Source: Bacillus phage Taffo16
Sequence record: MF765814.1
Length of the DNA stretch: 24,000 bases
Direction: 5' to 3' (one strand)
This document shows, piece after piece, positions 14,611-22,034 of the stretch. Position 1 is the first letter of the stretch. Every line of letters starts with the position of its first letter. A program made the position numbers and the translations under genes. The notes under the pieces are model-generated. The model worked only from the letters and a program-made list of their open reading frames with translations. It made no database searches and had not been told where the DNA came from.

Positions 14611-14799
14611 ATGTATTATAAAATTAATGTAAGTTTAGATAACTGGCACTTTTTCGCAACTAGTGACCACAGTATAACAAGCAAAGTACAGCTAAACAAG
14701 GTTTTACCTATTTTCAAAGAGAAGTTTCCGAAAAGTGAGGGCTATTCTATTAGTGTTATGCTACTTAAAACAGTTGGAGAAGAAATTGAGATAGATTAA
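14611..14799 (+). CDS. hypothetical protein
   Basis: MYYKINVSLDNWHFFATSDHSITSK... Confidence 0.8.
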   Translation: MYYKINVSLDNWHFFATSDHSITSKVQLNKVLPIFKEKFPKSEGYSISVMLLKTVGEEIEID

Positions 14800-14808
14800 A
14801 AATAGTTG

Positions 14809-14837
14809 TTGACTTTTAGAAAACAAGATGATAAAAT
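14809..14837 (+). promoter_or_regulatory. repeat-family promoter P14 (near-identical to P13)
   Basis: TTGACT-17-TAAAAT. Confidence 0.9.
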
Positions 14838-14868
14838 GAAAGTAACTTAAAAAAGGGAGCTGTTAATT

Positions 14869-15060
14869 ATGAATAAAGAAAACATTGGTAAAATTCAAGG
14901 TCTGGTATTACAGTGTAAAGAGGCGGGGTTATCTTTAGATAGTGAAAACGTGCAAAAAGCTATTGCGTGGCATTCAAGAGTATTTGATATACCTGTGGAG
15001 GTCATCAAGGAAACAATGCAAGAAATGTGGAGTAAAACAAGAGATAAAAAAGGTTACTAA
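14869..15060 (+). CDS. hypothetical protein
   Basis: MNKENIGKIQGLVLQCKEAGLSLDSENVQKAIAWHSRVFDIP... Confidence 0.8.
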   Translation: MNKENIGKIQGLVLQCKEAGLSLDSENVQKAIAWHSRVFDIPVEVIKETMQEMWSKTRDKKGY

Positions 15061-15069
15061 AAATAGTTG

Positions 15070-15099
15070 TTGACTTTTAGAAAACAAACGTGATACAAT
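15070..15099 (+). promoter_or_regulatory. repeat-family promoter P15 (variant leader)
   Basis: TTGACT-18-TACAAT, leader GATTACAGAAATAAAAAAACATATGAAAAGGTGG. Confidence 0.85.
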
Positions 15100-15140
15100 G
15101 ATTACAGAAATAAAAAAACATATGAAAAGGTGGAATTTAA

Positions 15141-15353
15141 ATGAACTATACAGAATTTTTAGAAGGTAAAAAAATGCACATGGAAATCATGAAAAAGTAT
15201 GATAGATTGGAGGAATTCATGAGCGCGCTTGATACTTGTTTCGATTTATACGAACTAGGGTATTGCTCACAGGAAGAACAACGTATCTGGGAAGAAATGA
15301 GCGAGATGTCTGCACTAGAAATATATGGTTTGTGGATTGAATCTAAAAAATAA
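15141..15353 (+). CDS. hypothetical protein
   Basis: MNYTEFLEGKKMHMEIMKKYDRLEEF... Confidence 0.8.
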   Translation: MNYTEFLEGKKMHMEIMKKYDRLEEFMSALDTCFDLYELGYCSQEEQRIWEEMSEMSALEIYGLWIESKK

Positions 15354-15362
15354 AAATAGTTG

Positions 15363-15392
15363 TTGACTTTTAGGAAAGATACATGCTACAAT
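15363..15392 (+). promoter_or_regulatory. repeat-family promoter P16 (variant leader)
   Basis: TTGACT-18-TACAAT, leader GATTACAGAAACAAAAAACATATAAAAAGGTGG. Confidence 0.85.
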
Positions 15393-15433
15393 GATTACAG
15401 AAACAAAAAACATATAAAAAGGTGGAATATAAA

Positions 15434-15748
15434 ATGGAAATCAGAGAAATTAATTGGAATGTAGAATTTAAAAAGGAAATGACAGAGCTTGAAATTTACG
15501 GGATTGAAAGAGTAATCGATACTTATTATAATGATGAAGACTTTGATTTCAATACAGAGGCTTTAGGGCTGGCTTATACATCATCTAGTGACTATGCAAT
15601 GTATAACGTTTGTAACGGTGAATTTTTCTATGAAGGTTATGAAGAATTTGATGTTTGTATCAGTCATTTCGCGGTGACAATGCAAGGTCACCTTGTAATG
15701 GTAACACATGATGAAAACGACGAAGAACACTTATTCGAACTCGTGTGA
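15434..15748 (+). CDS. hypothetical acidic protein
   Basis: MEIREINWNVEFKKEMTELEIYG...; start refined from 15422. Confidence 0.8.
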   Translation: MEIREINWNVEFKKEMTELEIYGIERVIDTYYNDEDFDFNTEALGLAYTSSSDYAMYNVCNGEFFYEGYEEFDVCISHFAVTMQGHLVMVTHDENDEEHLFELV

Positions 15749-15800
15749 GCGAGTATAAATAGGCTTTAAGCTCACAGCGTCGCGGGGTTTATCTCCCGCG
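15744..15800 (+). other. two adjacent perfect hairpins (structured 3' region)
   Basis: TGTGAGC/GCTCACA (15744-15750 with 15770-15776) and CGCGGG/CCCGCG (15781-15786 with 15795-15800). Confidence 0.7.
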
Positions 15801-15831
15801 GGTAGCAACTAAAATAAATTTTAAATAGTTG

Positions 15832-15860
15832 TTGACTTTCAGTAAATAAAGTATTAAAAT
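15832..15860 (+). promoter_or_regulatory. repeat-family promoter P17
   Basis: TTGACT-17-TAAAAT. Confidence 0.9.
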
Positions 15861-15893
15861 GAAGGTAACTTAAAAAAAGGGAGATGTTTTACA

Positions 15894-16775
15894 ATGACAA
15901 AACAATTAGAATTAACACAATACGACACTTTAGAGGCTTTAGAAGGGGATATCGATGTATTAGAGGCGTTTTATGAGTATGAGGGTTCAACTTATGTTTG
16001 CGACGCTATTCAAGAAATTGCTGATAAATTTATCCCAATCTATACACATGAATTATGGAAAAACGCTTATGACATGAAAGAATATATAGAAGAGGCGATG
16101 TCACAAGGCTTATGTGAAACGCCACGCGGGGAACAACCAGACCTAGACAAGATTTTCCAAGCAGGTTACTATCAGTATTATACACAAGTGTTATATAATA
16201 ACGAAGCAGAACTATACTATAATTATATTGCTGTAATCGTTAATAAATGGTTGGAAGGGTTGAACCATGACCAACTAGAAAAGATTGATATTAACGAACT
16301 AGATGAGCGTATAGAAGAGGAAAGAGCCGATATTGATAATAATAGTTATATGGAAGATATGGAAGACATCGCAAAACGTATTATTGCAGAATGTAAAGGA
16401 AAAGTAAATAAGGATGCATCATGGGAAAATTATGGAGATGTAAACGCGTTGGAGCATGGGGGCGTATTCATTAAAAAAGATATGGATTACCCGGGCGACA
16501 AATGTTATTATATCGTTAAACTTATCAATATGACCTCTGCATGCGGTGAAGATGGTTTTACAATAGAAGAGGGGTATGTAGATTTAAAAGACGACTGGAT
16601 AGACTGGGAAGCCGTTGAAAGTACTTGTGATATTGCGGACAGTGACGAAATTAAAGTGGTCGATGTATTCGGGTATTACGGGGTTAACGAGTTTAACGGG
16701 GAATCCACTATATACGATAATGAAAGCGAAGTGTTAGAGCATTTAGCGAATATTGGAATTTGTATCGAAAATTAA
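15894..16775 (+). CDS. large acidic hypothetical protein (293 aa)
   Basis: Full cassette promoter and SD; MTKQLELTQYDTLEALEGDIDVLEAFYEYEG... Confidence 0.85.
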   Translation: MTKQLELTQYDTLEALEGDIDVLEAFYEYEGSTYVCDAIQEIADKFIPIYTHELWKNAYDMKEYIEEAMSQGLCETPRGEQPDLDKIFQAGYYQYYTQVLYNNEAELYYNYIAVIVNKWLEGLNHDQLEKIDINELDERIEEERADIDNNSYMEDMEDIAKRIIAECKGKVNKDASWENYGDVNALEHGGVFIKKDMDYPGDKCYYIVKLINMTSACGEDGFTIEEGYVDLKDDWIDWEAVESTCDIADSDEIKVVDVFGYYGVNEFNGESTIYDNESEVLEHLANIGICIEN

Positions 16776-16778
16776 TTG

Positions 16779-16808
16779 TTGACTTTTAGAAAACACTCAT
16801 GTTACAAT
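16779..16808 (+). promoter_or_regulatory. repeat-family promoter P18
   Basis: TTGACT-18-TACAAT. Confidence 0.85.
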
Positions 16809-16836
16809 AAGGATAACTTAATAAGGGGGTTACATC

Positions 16837-17094
16837 ATGCGAGATATTGAATATATTCTAGATGACTTGGATAAGTGGGCGCATATTCTCACAGGGCTGC
16901 ACATTGAAGTTATTAAAGATATTACACCAGAGGAAAAAGAACATTTTGAGAACGAAATAGAGTTCGTGAGAGAGAAAATAAGAGAATTGCAAAATGAATT
17001 AGAAGAGGCGGAAAAAGAAGAGGCTAAAAGGTTTAATACAGCAAATGAGCGCGCTATGTCAGAGGCGGGACATAATGAAAGGGACTTCCTTTAA
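16837..17094 (+). CDS. hypothetical protein with predicted coiled coil
   Basis: MRDIEYILDDLDKW...IREKIRELQNELEEAEKEEAKR-like helical region. Confidence 0.8.
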   Translation: MRDIEYILDDLDKWAHILTGLHIEVIKDITPEEKEHFENEIEFVREKIRELQNELEEAEKEEAKRFNTANERAMSEAGHNERDFL

Positions 17095-17128
17095 AAAGGA
17101 GGTTCCCACGCTAAAGGGGGCGGGTTAC

Positions 17129-17311
17129 ATGGCATTATCGAAAAGAGAACGTATGCAGGAAATGGAAAGAGAACTAAGAAACTTACAAATAGTAAAAGAT
17201 AAACTTATCGAAAAGTATGTAAATGAATTAGGCGTATCGGAAGAAAAGGCGCTCGAAATGTGGCAAGTAATGTATGATATCACTAAAAAGGTATGGAGTG
17301 AAGAGGACTAA
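17129..17311 (+). CDS. hypothetical protein
   Basis: MALSKRERMQEMERELRNLQIVKDKLIEKYVNELG...; start refined from 17045. Confidence 0.75.
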   Translation: MALSKRERMQEMERELRNLQIVKDKLIEKYVNELGVSEEKALEMWQVMYDITKKVWSEED

Positions 17312-17320
17312 AAATAGTTG

Positions 17321-17349
17321 TTGACTTTTAGTAAAAGATAGTTTAAAAT
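17321..17349 (+). promoter_or_regulatory. repeat-family promoter P19
   Basis: TTGACT-17-TAAAAT. Confidence 0.9.
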
Positions 17350-17380
17350 GAAAGTAACTTAAAAAAGGGAGCTGTTACAT

Positions 17381-17623
17381 ATGTTAACATTAGAAGAGAA
17401 AAAAGAAATTTCAAAGGGTTTTGGTTTAAAAGTGAATGAAGTTGAGGAAATGATAACTAAAGGTGAAATAGACATGTATAAGTCATATTCAATGTTTTTC
17501 TACGATATGCACGAAAATAAAAGTAGAGATGATTTAATAAGTTTGTTGGAAAGTGGAGAAACTGCCCTAGATAATTTAGAATACTGCACATTATCAAGCG
17601 GAAAAGTAGCGTATATTTTCTAA
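17381..17623 (+). CDS. hypothetical protein
   Basis: MLTLEEKKEISKGFGLKVNEVEEMITKGEID... Confidence 0.8.
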   Translation: MLTLEEKKEISKGFGLKVNEVEEMITKGEIDMYKSYSMFFYDMHENKSRDDLISLLESGETALDNLEYCTLSSGKVAYIF

Positions 17624-17631
17624 AAAAGTTG

Positions 17632-17660
17632 TTGACTTTTAGTAAATAATAGTTTAAAAT
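17632..17660 (+). promoter_or_regulatory. repeat-family promoter P20
   Basis: TTGACT-17-TAAAAT. Confidence 0.9.
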
Positions 17661-17692
17661 GAAATTAACTTAAAAAAGGGAGTTGTCTTACA

Positions 17693-17848
17693 ATGACAAA
17701 ATTAGAAACGTTAATTAATGGCGGTACGGTTACTATTGAAAAGTTTAGAACGCTGGATAATTTTCTAGATGAATGTGAGCACAATGATTTAGAGGTTGAA
17801 GTGGGAAGAGATGAAGATAATTTTTACACTGTTACACTAAAGAAATAA
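17693..17848 (+). CDS. hypothetical protein (51 aa), missed by ORF length cutoff
   Basis: MTKLETLINGGTVTIEKFRTLDNFLDECEHNDLEVEVGRDEDNFYTVTLKK*. Confidence 0.8.
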   Translation: MTKLETLINGGTVTIEKFRTLDNFLDECEHNDLEVEVGRDEDNFYTVTLKK

Positions 17849-17855
17849 ATAGTTG

Positions 17856-17884
17856 TTGACTTTTAGTAAATAATAGTTTAAAAT
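17856..17884 (+). promoter_or_regulatory. repeat-family promoter P21
   Basis: TTGACT-17-TAAAAT. Confidence 0.9.
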
Positions 17885-17916
17885 GAAATTAACTTAAAAA
17901 AGGGAGCTGTTTTATA

Positions 17917-18258
17917 ATGACAAATTATAACTACTATTCACAAAATGGATTAAGAGGCGAATTACATGTAATCAGTGAAAATAAATTTATTTATAAAGTT
18001 GAGTCATACCGACAATTAGAGAGTTCGGAAATAGGTTTCTTATATAATCTTGAATTGGTGGCGGGGTATGATTACATTAACCCGGACTATAGCAACGTTC
18101 AAGGGTATGTATCTAAAGAAAACTTTGTAGAAAATATCCACTTGGAGCAAATAACGTTTTACCCTATGTCAGAGACACTGGCAGAGGCACTAGACGACAA
18201 CGGTTATAAGGTCATTAATATTAACGATTACAAGATACACCAATTTAAAGGGTGTTAG
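17917..18258 (+). CDS. hypothetical protein
   Basis: MTNYNYYSQNGLRGELHVISENKFIYKVESY... Confidence 0.85.
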   Translation: MTNYNYYSQNGLRGELHVISENKFIYKVESYRQLESSEIGFLYNLELVAGYDYINPDYSNVQGYVSKENFVENIHLEQITFYPMSETLAEALDDNGYKVININDYKIHQFKGC

Positions 18259-18368
18259 GCGCTCATATAGAGCGTTTAACTCTTCCTAATATAAATAGTA
18301 TATAATAAATGTTAGAACGTTGTAAGAGGTTGTGAGGAGTCTTAAAATACATGATAGAGGTGGTATAA

Positions 18369-18545
18369 ATGAAAATAAGTGATGATGTCCGTTATTTGCA
18401 AAAAGAATTACATGATATAATTGATAAAATACATAAAGAAACAATAAAACCGTTTTACTTACAAGACAAATATTTAATCGATTGCTTATATGTCCAAAAG
18501 TGGGGACTAGAAGACCTAATAAAAGATTTAATGGAAAGTTGTTGA
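18369..18545 (+). CDS. hypothetical protein (58 aa) whose 3' end overlaps the next promoter
   Basis: MKISDDVRYLQKELHDIIDKIHKETIKPFYLQDKYLIDCLYVQKWGLEDLIKDLMESC*; SD AGAGGTGG. Confidence 0.7.
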   Translation: MKISDDVRYLQKELHDIIDKIHKETIKPFYLQDKYLIDCLYVQKWGLEDLIKDLMESC

Positions 18546-18570
18546 CTTTTAGAAAACAATGGTTTAAAAT
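18542..18570 (+). promoter_or_regulatory. repeat-family promoter P22
   Basis: TTGACT-17-TAAAAT. Confidence 0.9.
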
Positions 18571-18602
18571 GAAGGTAACTTAAAAAAAGGGAGCTGTTAT
18601 AT

Positions 18603-18929
18603 ATGTTAGTTATCAAAGTGAAAAAGAAAGTAGATGCAACGGAATTTGTTAATAATTTTAAACTATTGTTTAATACGTTACAAAGTGGTCATCATGTATT
18701 TACATTCTATAATACAGTTGAAAAAGAGTGGGTGTACTTATTACGCCACGCGGACGGAACTTTTAAAACTATCAGTGTACACCAAACAAGAGATAAGGAC
18801 GCGAACACTATAGAAGAAATATCGGATATTGAATCATTTGTTTGGAAAAATAGAAAGTATATTAATAATAACATTAGTGATGATGTAACTATACACCAAT
18901 TTTGTAGTTCTGATTTAACTTATTACTAA
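18603..18929 (+). CDS. hypothetical protein
   Basis: MLVIKVKKKVDATEFVNNFKLLFNTLQSG... Confidence 0.8.
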   Translation: MLVIKVKKKVDATEFVNNFKLLFNTLQSGHHVFTFYNTVEKEWVYLLRHADGTFKTISVHQTRDKDANTIEEISDIESFVWKNRKYINNNISDDVTIHQFCSSDLTYY

Positions 18930-18938
18930 AAATAGTTG

Positions 18939-18967
18939 TTGACTTTTAGCAAAAGATAGTTTAAAAT
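18939..18967 (+). promoter_or_regulatory. repeat-family promoter P23
   Basis: TTGACT-17-TAAAAT, leader ATTAAGTTAAACAAAACAAATTAAAGGGAGCTG. Confidence 0.9.
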
Positions 18968-19009
18968 GAAATTAAGTTAAACAAAACAAATTAAAGGGAG
19001 CTGTTACAT

Positions 19010-19204
19010 ATGAATAAATTCGCCGATATTTCTAAAATTGATACATGGACTACGGATGAATTAAAGAAAGCCGTTAAATACTATGAAGTGCAGTTAAAAG
19101 ACCCGCGCACGGATGACAATGAAAGACGTTGGTTAAACCGCGCTGTTACTAAATGTGAATCGTTATTGAATCCCCCGTCCGAGTGGGAAAATCTTTTTAA
19201 ATAG
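19010..19204 (+). CDS. hypothetical protein
   Basis: MNKFADISKIDTWTTDELKKAVKYYEVQLKDPRTDDNERRWLNRAVTKCESLL... Confidence 0.8.
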   Translation: MNKFADISKIDTWTTDELKKAVKYYEVQLKDPRTDDNERRWLNRAVTKCESLLNPPSEWENLFK

Positions 19205-19207
19205 TTG

Positions 19208-19236
19208 TTGACTTTTAGTAAAATAAGGTTTAAAAT
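19208..19236 (+). promoter_or_regulatory. repeat-family promoter P24 (leader nearly identical to P23)
   Basis: TTGACT-17-TAAAAT. Confidence 0.9.
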
Positions 19237-19278
19237 GAAATTAAGTTAAACAAAACAAATTAAAGGGAGCTGTTAATT

Positions 19279-19812
19279 ATGACAGATACATTAAAAGCGG
19301 TTGAAATTGGTACTCAAGTATTAGCTAAAGAATTAGTTGGAAAGAGCGGTTTTAATATCGCACACGACACAACGTATATCGATAATGTAAATAGTGTTAA
19401 ATGGTTTAGCGCAACGAAAACGGCGGTTGTCATTACTTATGATGGTTACCAAACAGTGACAGTACCAGCAAATGAGGTTTATGTCTGGATTAAAGATAAT
19501 GCTATTAGTTACGAGGATAATGTATACAACTTTTTAGGGGTTAATTGGAGGGAAAAATACAACTATAAGGAGGATAACAGCACACATGCAATATACGACA
19601 AGAAAATAAAAGCGCTCATTAAAGATAATGCAAGTAAAATCCTATTTCATGAATGTAATTTATCGGTTTGGGGTCATATCTCTTATGAAGTTAGAAAGGC
19701 ATTAGGAATCTATAGAGGCGTTAAAACTGTAAAAGATTATTCAGTATCAGAACTAGCAAAAATGTACGTAACAGCAGAAAAAGAATTGTTTAGTATAGTT
19801 GAACCGGAATAA
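19279..19812 (+). CDS. hypothetical protein (177 aa)
   Basis: MTDTLKAVEIGTQVLAKELVGKSGFNIAHDTTYIDNVNSVKW... Confidence 0.85.
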   Translation: MTDTLKAVEIGTQVLAKELVGKSGFNIAHDTTYIDNVNSVKWFSATKTAVVITYDGYQTVTVPANEVYVWIKDNAISYEDNVYNFLGVNWREKYNYKEDNSTHAIYDKKIKALIKDNASKILFHECNLSVWGHISYEVRKALGIYRGVKTVKDYSVSELAKMYVTAEKELFSIVEPE

Positions 19813-19821
19813 AAATAGTTG

Positions 19822-19850
19822 TTGACTTTTAGTAAATGATATGAGAAAAT
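19822..19850 (+). promoter_or_regulatory. repeat-family promoter P25
   Basis: TTGACT-17-GAAAAT. Confidence 0.8.
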
Positions 19851-19882
19851 GAACTTAACTTAAAGAAAAGGGGTTGTTATTA

Positions 19883-20119
19883 ATGAATGAAGTTGTAAGC
19901 TTAAATGAATTGGGTAAACGTATTCTAGCAGATAAGGAAAGCTATTATGTTAGAAGGGAACAAGTTAGGGATATGGCTGATTATAAAGCTCAAAAGTATG
20001 CAGAGTATTCGCTGGAAGATTTCGCGGAAAGCATTATGGAAATGGAGCAACATTATATAAATCAATGCAAACTATATAACGATTTCGATGAGAATGACCC
20101 GGTTTTAGATTGGGAGTAA
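19883..20119 (+). CDS. hypothetical protein
   Basis: MNEVVSLNELGKRILADKESYYVRREQVRDMADYKAQ...; start refined from 19874. Confidence 0.8.
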   Translation: MNEVVSLNELGKRILADKESYYVRREQVRDMADYKAQKYAEYSLEDFAESIMEMEQHYINQCKLYNDFDENDPVLDWE

Positions 20120-20171
20120 TAAAGGGGCGGGCGCTCTAATACAGGGCGCTTGCAACCTTAAAAATAAATGT

Positions 20172-20200
20172 TGACTTTTAGTAAATAATGAATTACAATA
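20172..20200 (+). promoter_or_regulatory. repeat-family promoter P26
   Basis: TTGACT-17-TACAAT. Confidence 0.85.
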
Positions 20201-20243
20201 AAGGTAACTTAATAAAGGTAACTTAATAAAGGAGCTGGTACAC

Positions 20244-20579
20244 ATGTTAACGAAAAGACAAATTGAAACTAAGATTACACGCTTGCAAATAAAAATCATG
20301 GATGATTTAGAAGAAGATGGAAATATCAGAGCCGAACACATGGGACACGGTATTCTAACTATAGGTCACCCGGCGAAATGCATTCAAGTCGCTACTGTAT
20401 ATAATAAAGATTTTAATGACTTTGATTCCGTTGTAACAGTTATGAAGGATAAAAAGAAAGAAGTTACAAACACGCTATACGGTGAACACAATATCTATAC
20501 TGCGACTGATTTAATTAGAAACTATGCTCACTTATATAATATTGATACAAACTACACTGGATTTTTAGAGGGGGTTTAA
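20244..20579 (+). CDS. hypothetical protein
   Basis: MLTKRQIETKITRLQIKIMDDLEEDGNIRAEHMGHGILTIGHPAKC... Confidence 0.8.
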   Translation: MLTKRQIETKITRLQIKIMDDLEEDGNIRAEHMGHGILTIGHPAKCIQVATVYNKDFNDFDSVVTVMKDKKKEVTNTLYGEHNIYTATDLIRNYAHLYNIDTNYTGFLEGV

Positions 20580-20582
20580 ACA

Positions 20583-20762
20583 ATGGCTAACAGAATAGAT
20601 GTTAATGAAAGAACTTGTGTACATGTGTATGAGACGAACGTTAAAATAAACCAATTGAAGGCAATGGCTAAAGATGGTTTTGATTATGATTCAATCTTTA
20701 TAACAAAAGAAGAGCTACTACAATTAGCAGAACAAATAAAGGAGGAGCAAAACAATGGCTAA
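20583..20762 (+). CDS. hypothetical protein (59 aa), missed by ORF length cutoff
   Basis: MANRIDVNERTCVHVYETNVKINQLKAMAKDGFDYDSIFITKEELLQLAEQIKEEQNNG*. Confidence 0.75.
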   Translation: MANRIDVNERTCVHVYETNVKINQLKAMAKDGFDYDSIFITKEELLQLAEQIKEEQNNG

Positions 20763-20853
20763 AATTACAGAAATAGAAAAAGGTCGTTTTGTGGCGGTAT
20801 TATCTCAACAGGAGTTGAACACAATTTCATTATTATTGGGTCATAAAGGTTAA
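20755..20853 (+). CDS. small ORF (32 aa), possibly the N-terminal part of a frameshifted gene
   Basis: SD AAGGAGGAG; MAKITEIEKGRFVAVLSQQELNTISLLLGHKG*. Confidence 0.5.
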   Translation: MAKITEIEKGRFVAVLSQQELNTISLLLGHKG

Positions 20854-20875
20854 AATATTATTAGAAGATGGAAGA

Positions 20876-21001
20876 GTGTATATAAAACCAGAGGATGTAA
20901 ACGAAATGGAAAGCACACTAAAAGAAATGAATATCAAATACTTTGTAATACCTATTAACAGCTATATGACTATGATTGAATTAAATATAGAGGAGATGTG
21001 A
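20876..21001 (+). CDS. small ORF (41 aa) with unclear start
   Basis: VYIKPEDVNEMESTLKEMNIKYFVIPINSYMTMIELNIEEM*; frame is open upstream without a canonical start. Confidence 0.35.
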   Translation: MYIKPEDVNEMESTLKEMNIKYFVIPINSYMTMIELNIEEM

Positions 21002-21005
21002 CATA

Positions 21006-21476
21006 ATGAGCTACAAGGATAACGTGTATATAACAGAGAATAGATTGATTGAAATGTACACAAACGAACAAGAATTTGAGAAGCTTAATCAAGGTCATGT
21101 ATGTAAAGGAAGTACAATATATAAAGAGGGACTACATACAATCGTATTCAAGGCAAAAGCGAAATGTATTACTAACTTTGTAAAAGGTCACCCACTAAGC
21201 CGTGAAGAAGGTTATCACATGTATATAACACCTTATGCACTAGTGGACATGACCGACGTTAACACCGTTGAACAATGGAAGAAAAATAAAGATACCAGTG
21301 TAGAGCGTTTAAGAGACATCTGGGAGCTATTAGAGAAGACTTGCAACGAACTAGACCATTTACAACGAAATCATATTATACTTGAGTCAGATACACGTAA
21401 AGCTGTTGAAAAGGTAATGAAACAGGTAGAGAGTTTAGAGGAATACAGAATAAAAGGAAATAACCTATATCTATAA
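21006..21476 (+). CDS. hypothetical protein
   Basis: MSYKDNVYITENRLIEMYTNEQEFEKLNQGHVCKG...; SD GAGGAG. Confidence 0.8.
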   Translation: MSYKDNVYITENRLIEMYTNEQEFEKLNQGHVCKGSTIYKEGLHTIVFKAKAKCITNFVKGHPLSREEGYHMYITPYALVDMTDVNTVEQWKKNKDTSVERLRDIWELLEKTCNELDHLQRNHIILESDTRKAVEKVMKQVESLEEYRIKGNNLYL

Positions 21477-21493
21477 TAAAGGAGCTGTATATA

Positions 21494-21676
21494 ATGTTAT
21501 CAAATATAGCTATAGAAGAGAAGTTCAAACAAGAACATGTAAGAGGTATATTAGAGCGTATATATAATAAGAGTAAAAGAGAATTGCTATTATATATAAA
21601 GGAATTAGAGCAATACTATACTAAGGAGGAAATAAAGCATGTATTAGGCGTTATTAAAGAAGTATTAAGATACTAA
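21494..21676 (+). CDS. hypothetical protein
   Basis: MLSNIAIEEKFKQEHVRGILERIYNKSKRELLLYIKEL...; SD AAGGAGCTG. Confidence 0.75.
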   Translation: MLSNIAIEEKFKQEHVRGILERIYNKSKRELLLYIKELEQYYTKEEIKHVLGVIKEVLRY

Positions 21677-21857
21677 GCATTACTATATATAATCCAAGAC
21701 TATTATATATAATAACAGTTAAAATAAAAGGATTAACAGAATTAAAGCCCCAGCTTTTGTATTTCAAGCCCTGCTCTTACTAGAGTATATAAGTTGCATC
21801 TATATAGAGGAGGCGGGGCGCGGGTTTAATAGAGTCATATATTATAAGGAGGGTATA

Positions 21858-22004
21858 ATGTACATAGTATTTGGACTATTTATAATTATTATAATATACG
21901 TGTGTGTATGTCTGTATTGGGCGTATAGGTTTGCAGTTAAATGTTTAATAGAACAAGAGGAGTTTGACAAGGAAATACAACGGTGGTGCGATAGACAGGT
22001 TTAA
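21858..22004 (+). CDS. small single-TM protein (48 aa), missed by ORF length cutoff
   Basis: MYIVFGLFIIIIIYVCVCLYWAYRFAVKCLIEQEEFDKEIQRWCDRQV*; SD AAGGAGGG. Confidence 0.7.
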   Translation: MYIVFGLFIIIIIYVCVCLYWAYRFAVKCLIEQEEFDKEIQRWCDRQV

Positions 22005-22034
22005 ATATAATTAGTCCGCCGGGAACAACAAAAA

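Noticed and set aside
15744-15808. tRNA gene
   Set aside because: The GC-rich stem and 8-nt loop (CGCGGG-GTTTATCT-CCCGCG) does not match a T-arm (no TTC/GWTCRA), and no acceptor/anticodon arrangement was found
20110-20150. Hairpin terminator at GGGCGGGCGCTCTAATACAGGGCGCTTGC
   Set aside because: GGGCGCT occurs as a direct rather than inverted repeat, and there is no U-tract
13069-20200. CRISPR array
   Set aside because: The repeats are 50-70 bp promoter-like units separated by genes of variable length, with no uniform spacers and no cas genes
20105-20341. Minus-strand ORF
   Set aside because: Crosses promoter P26, no SD
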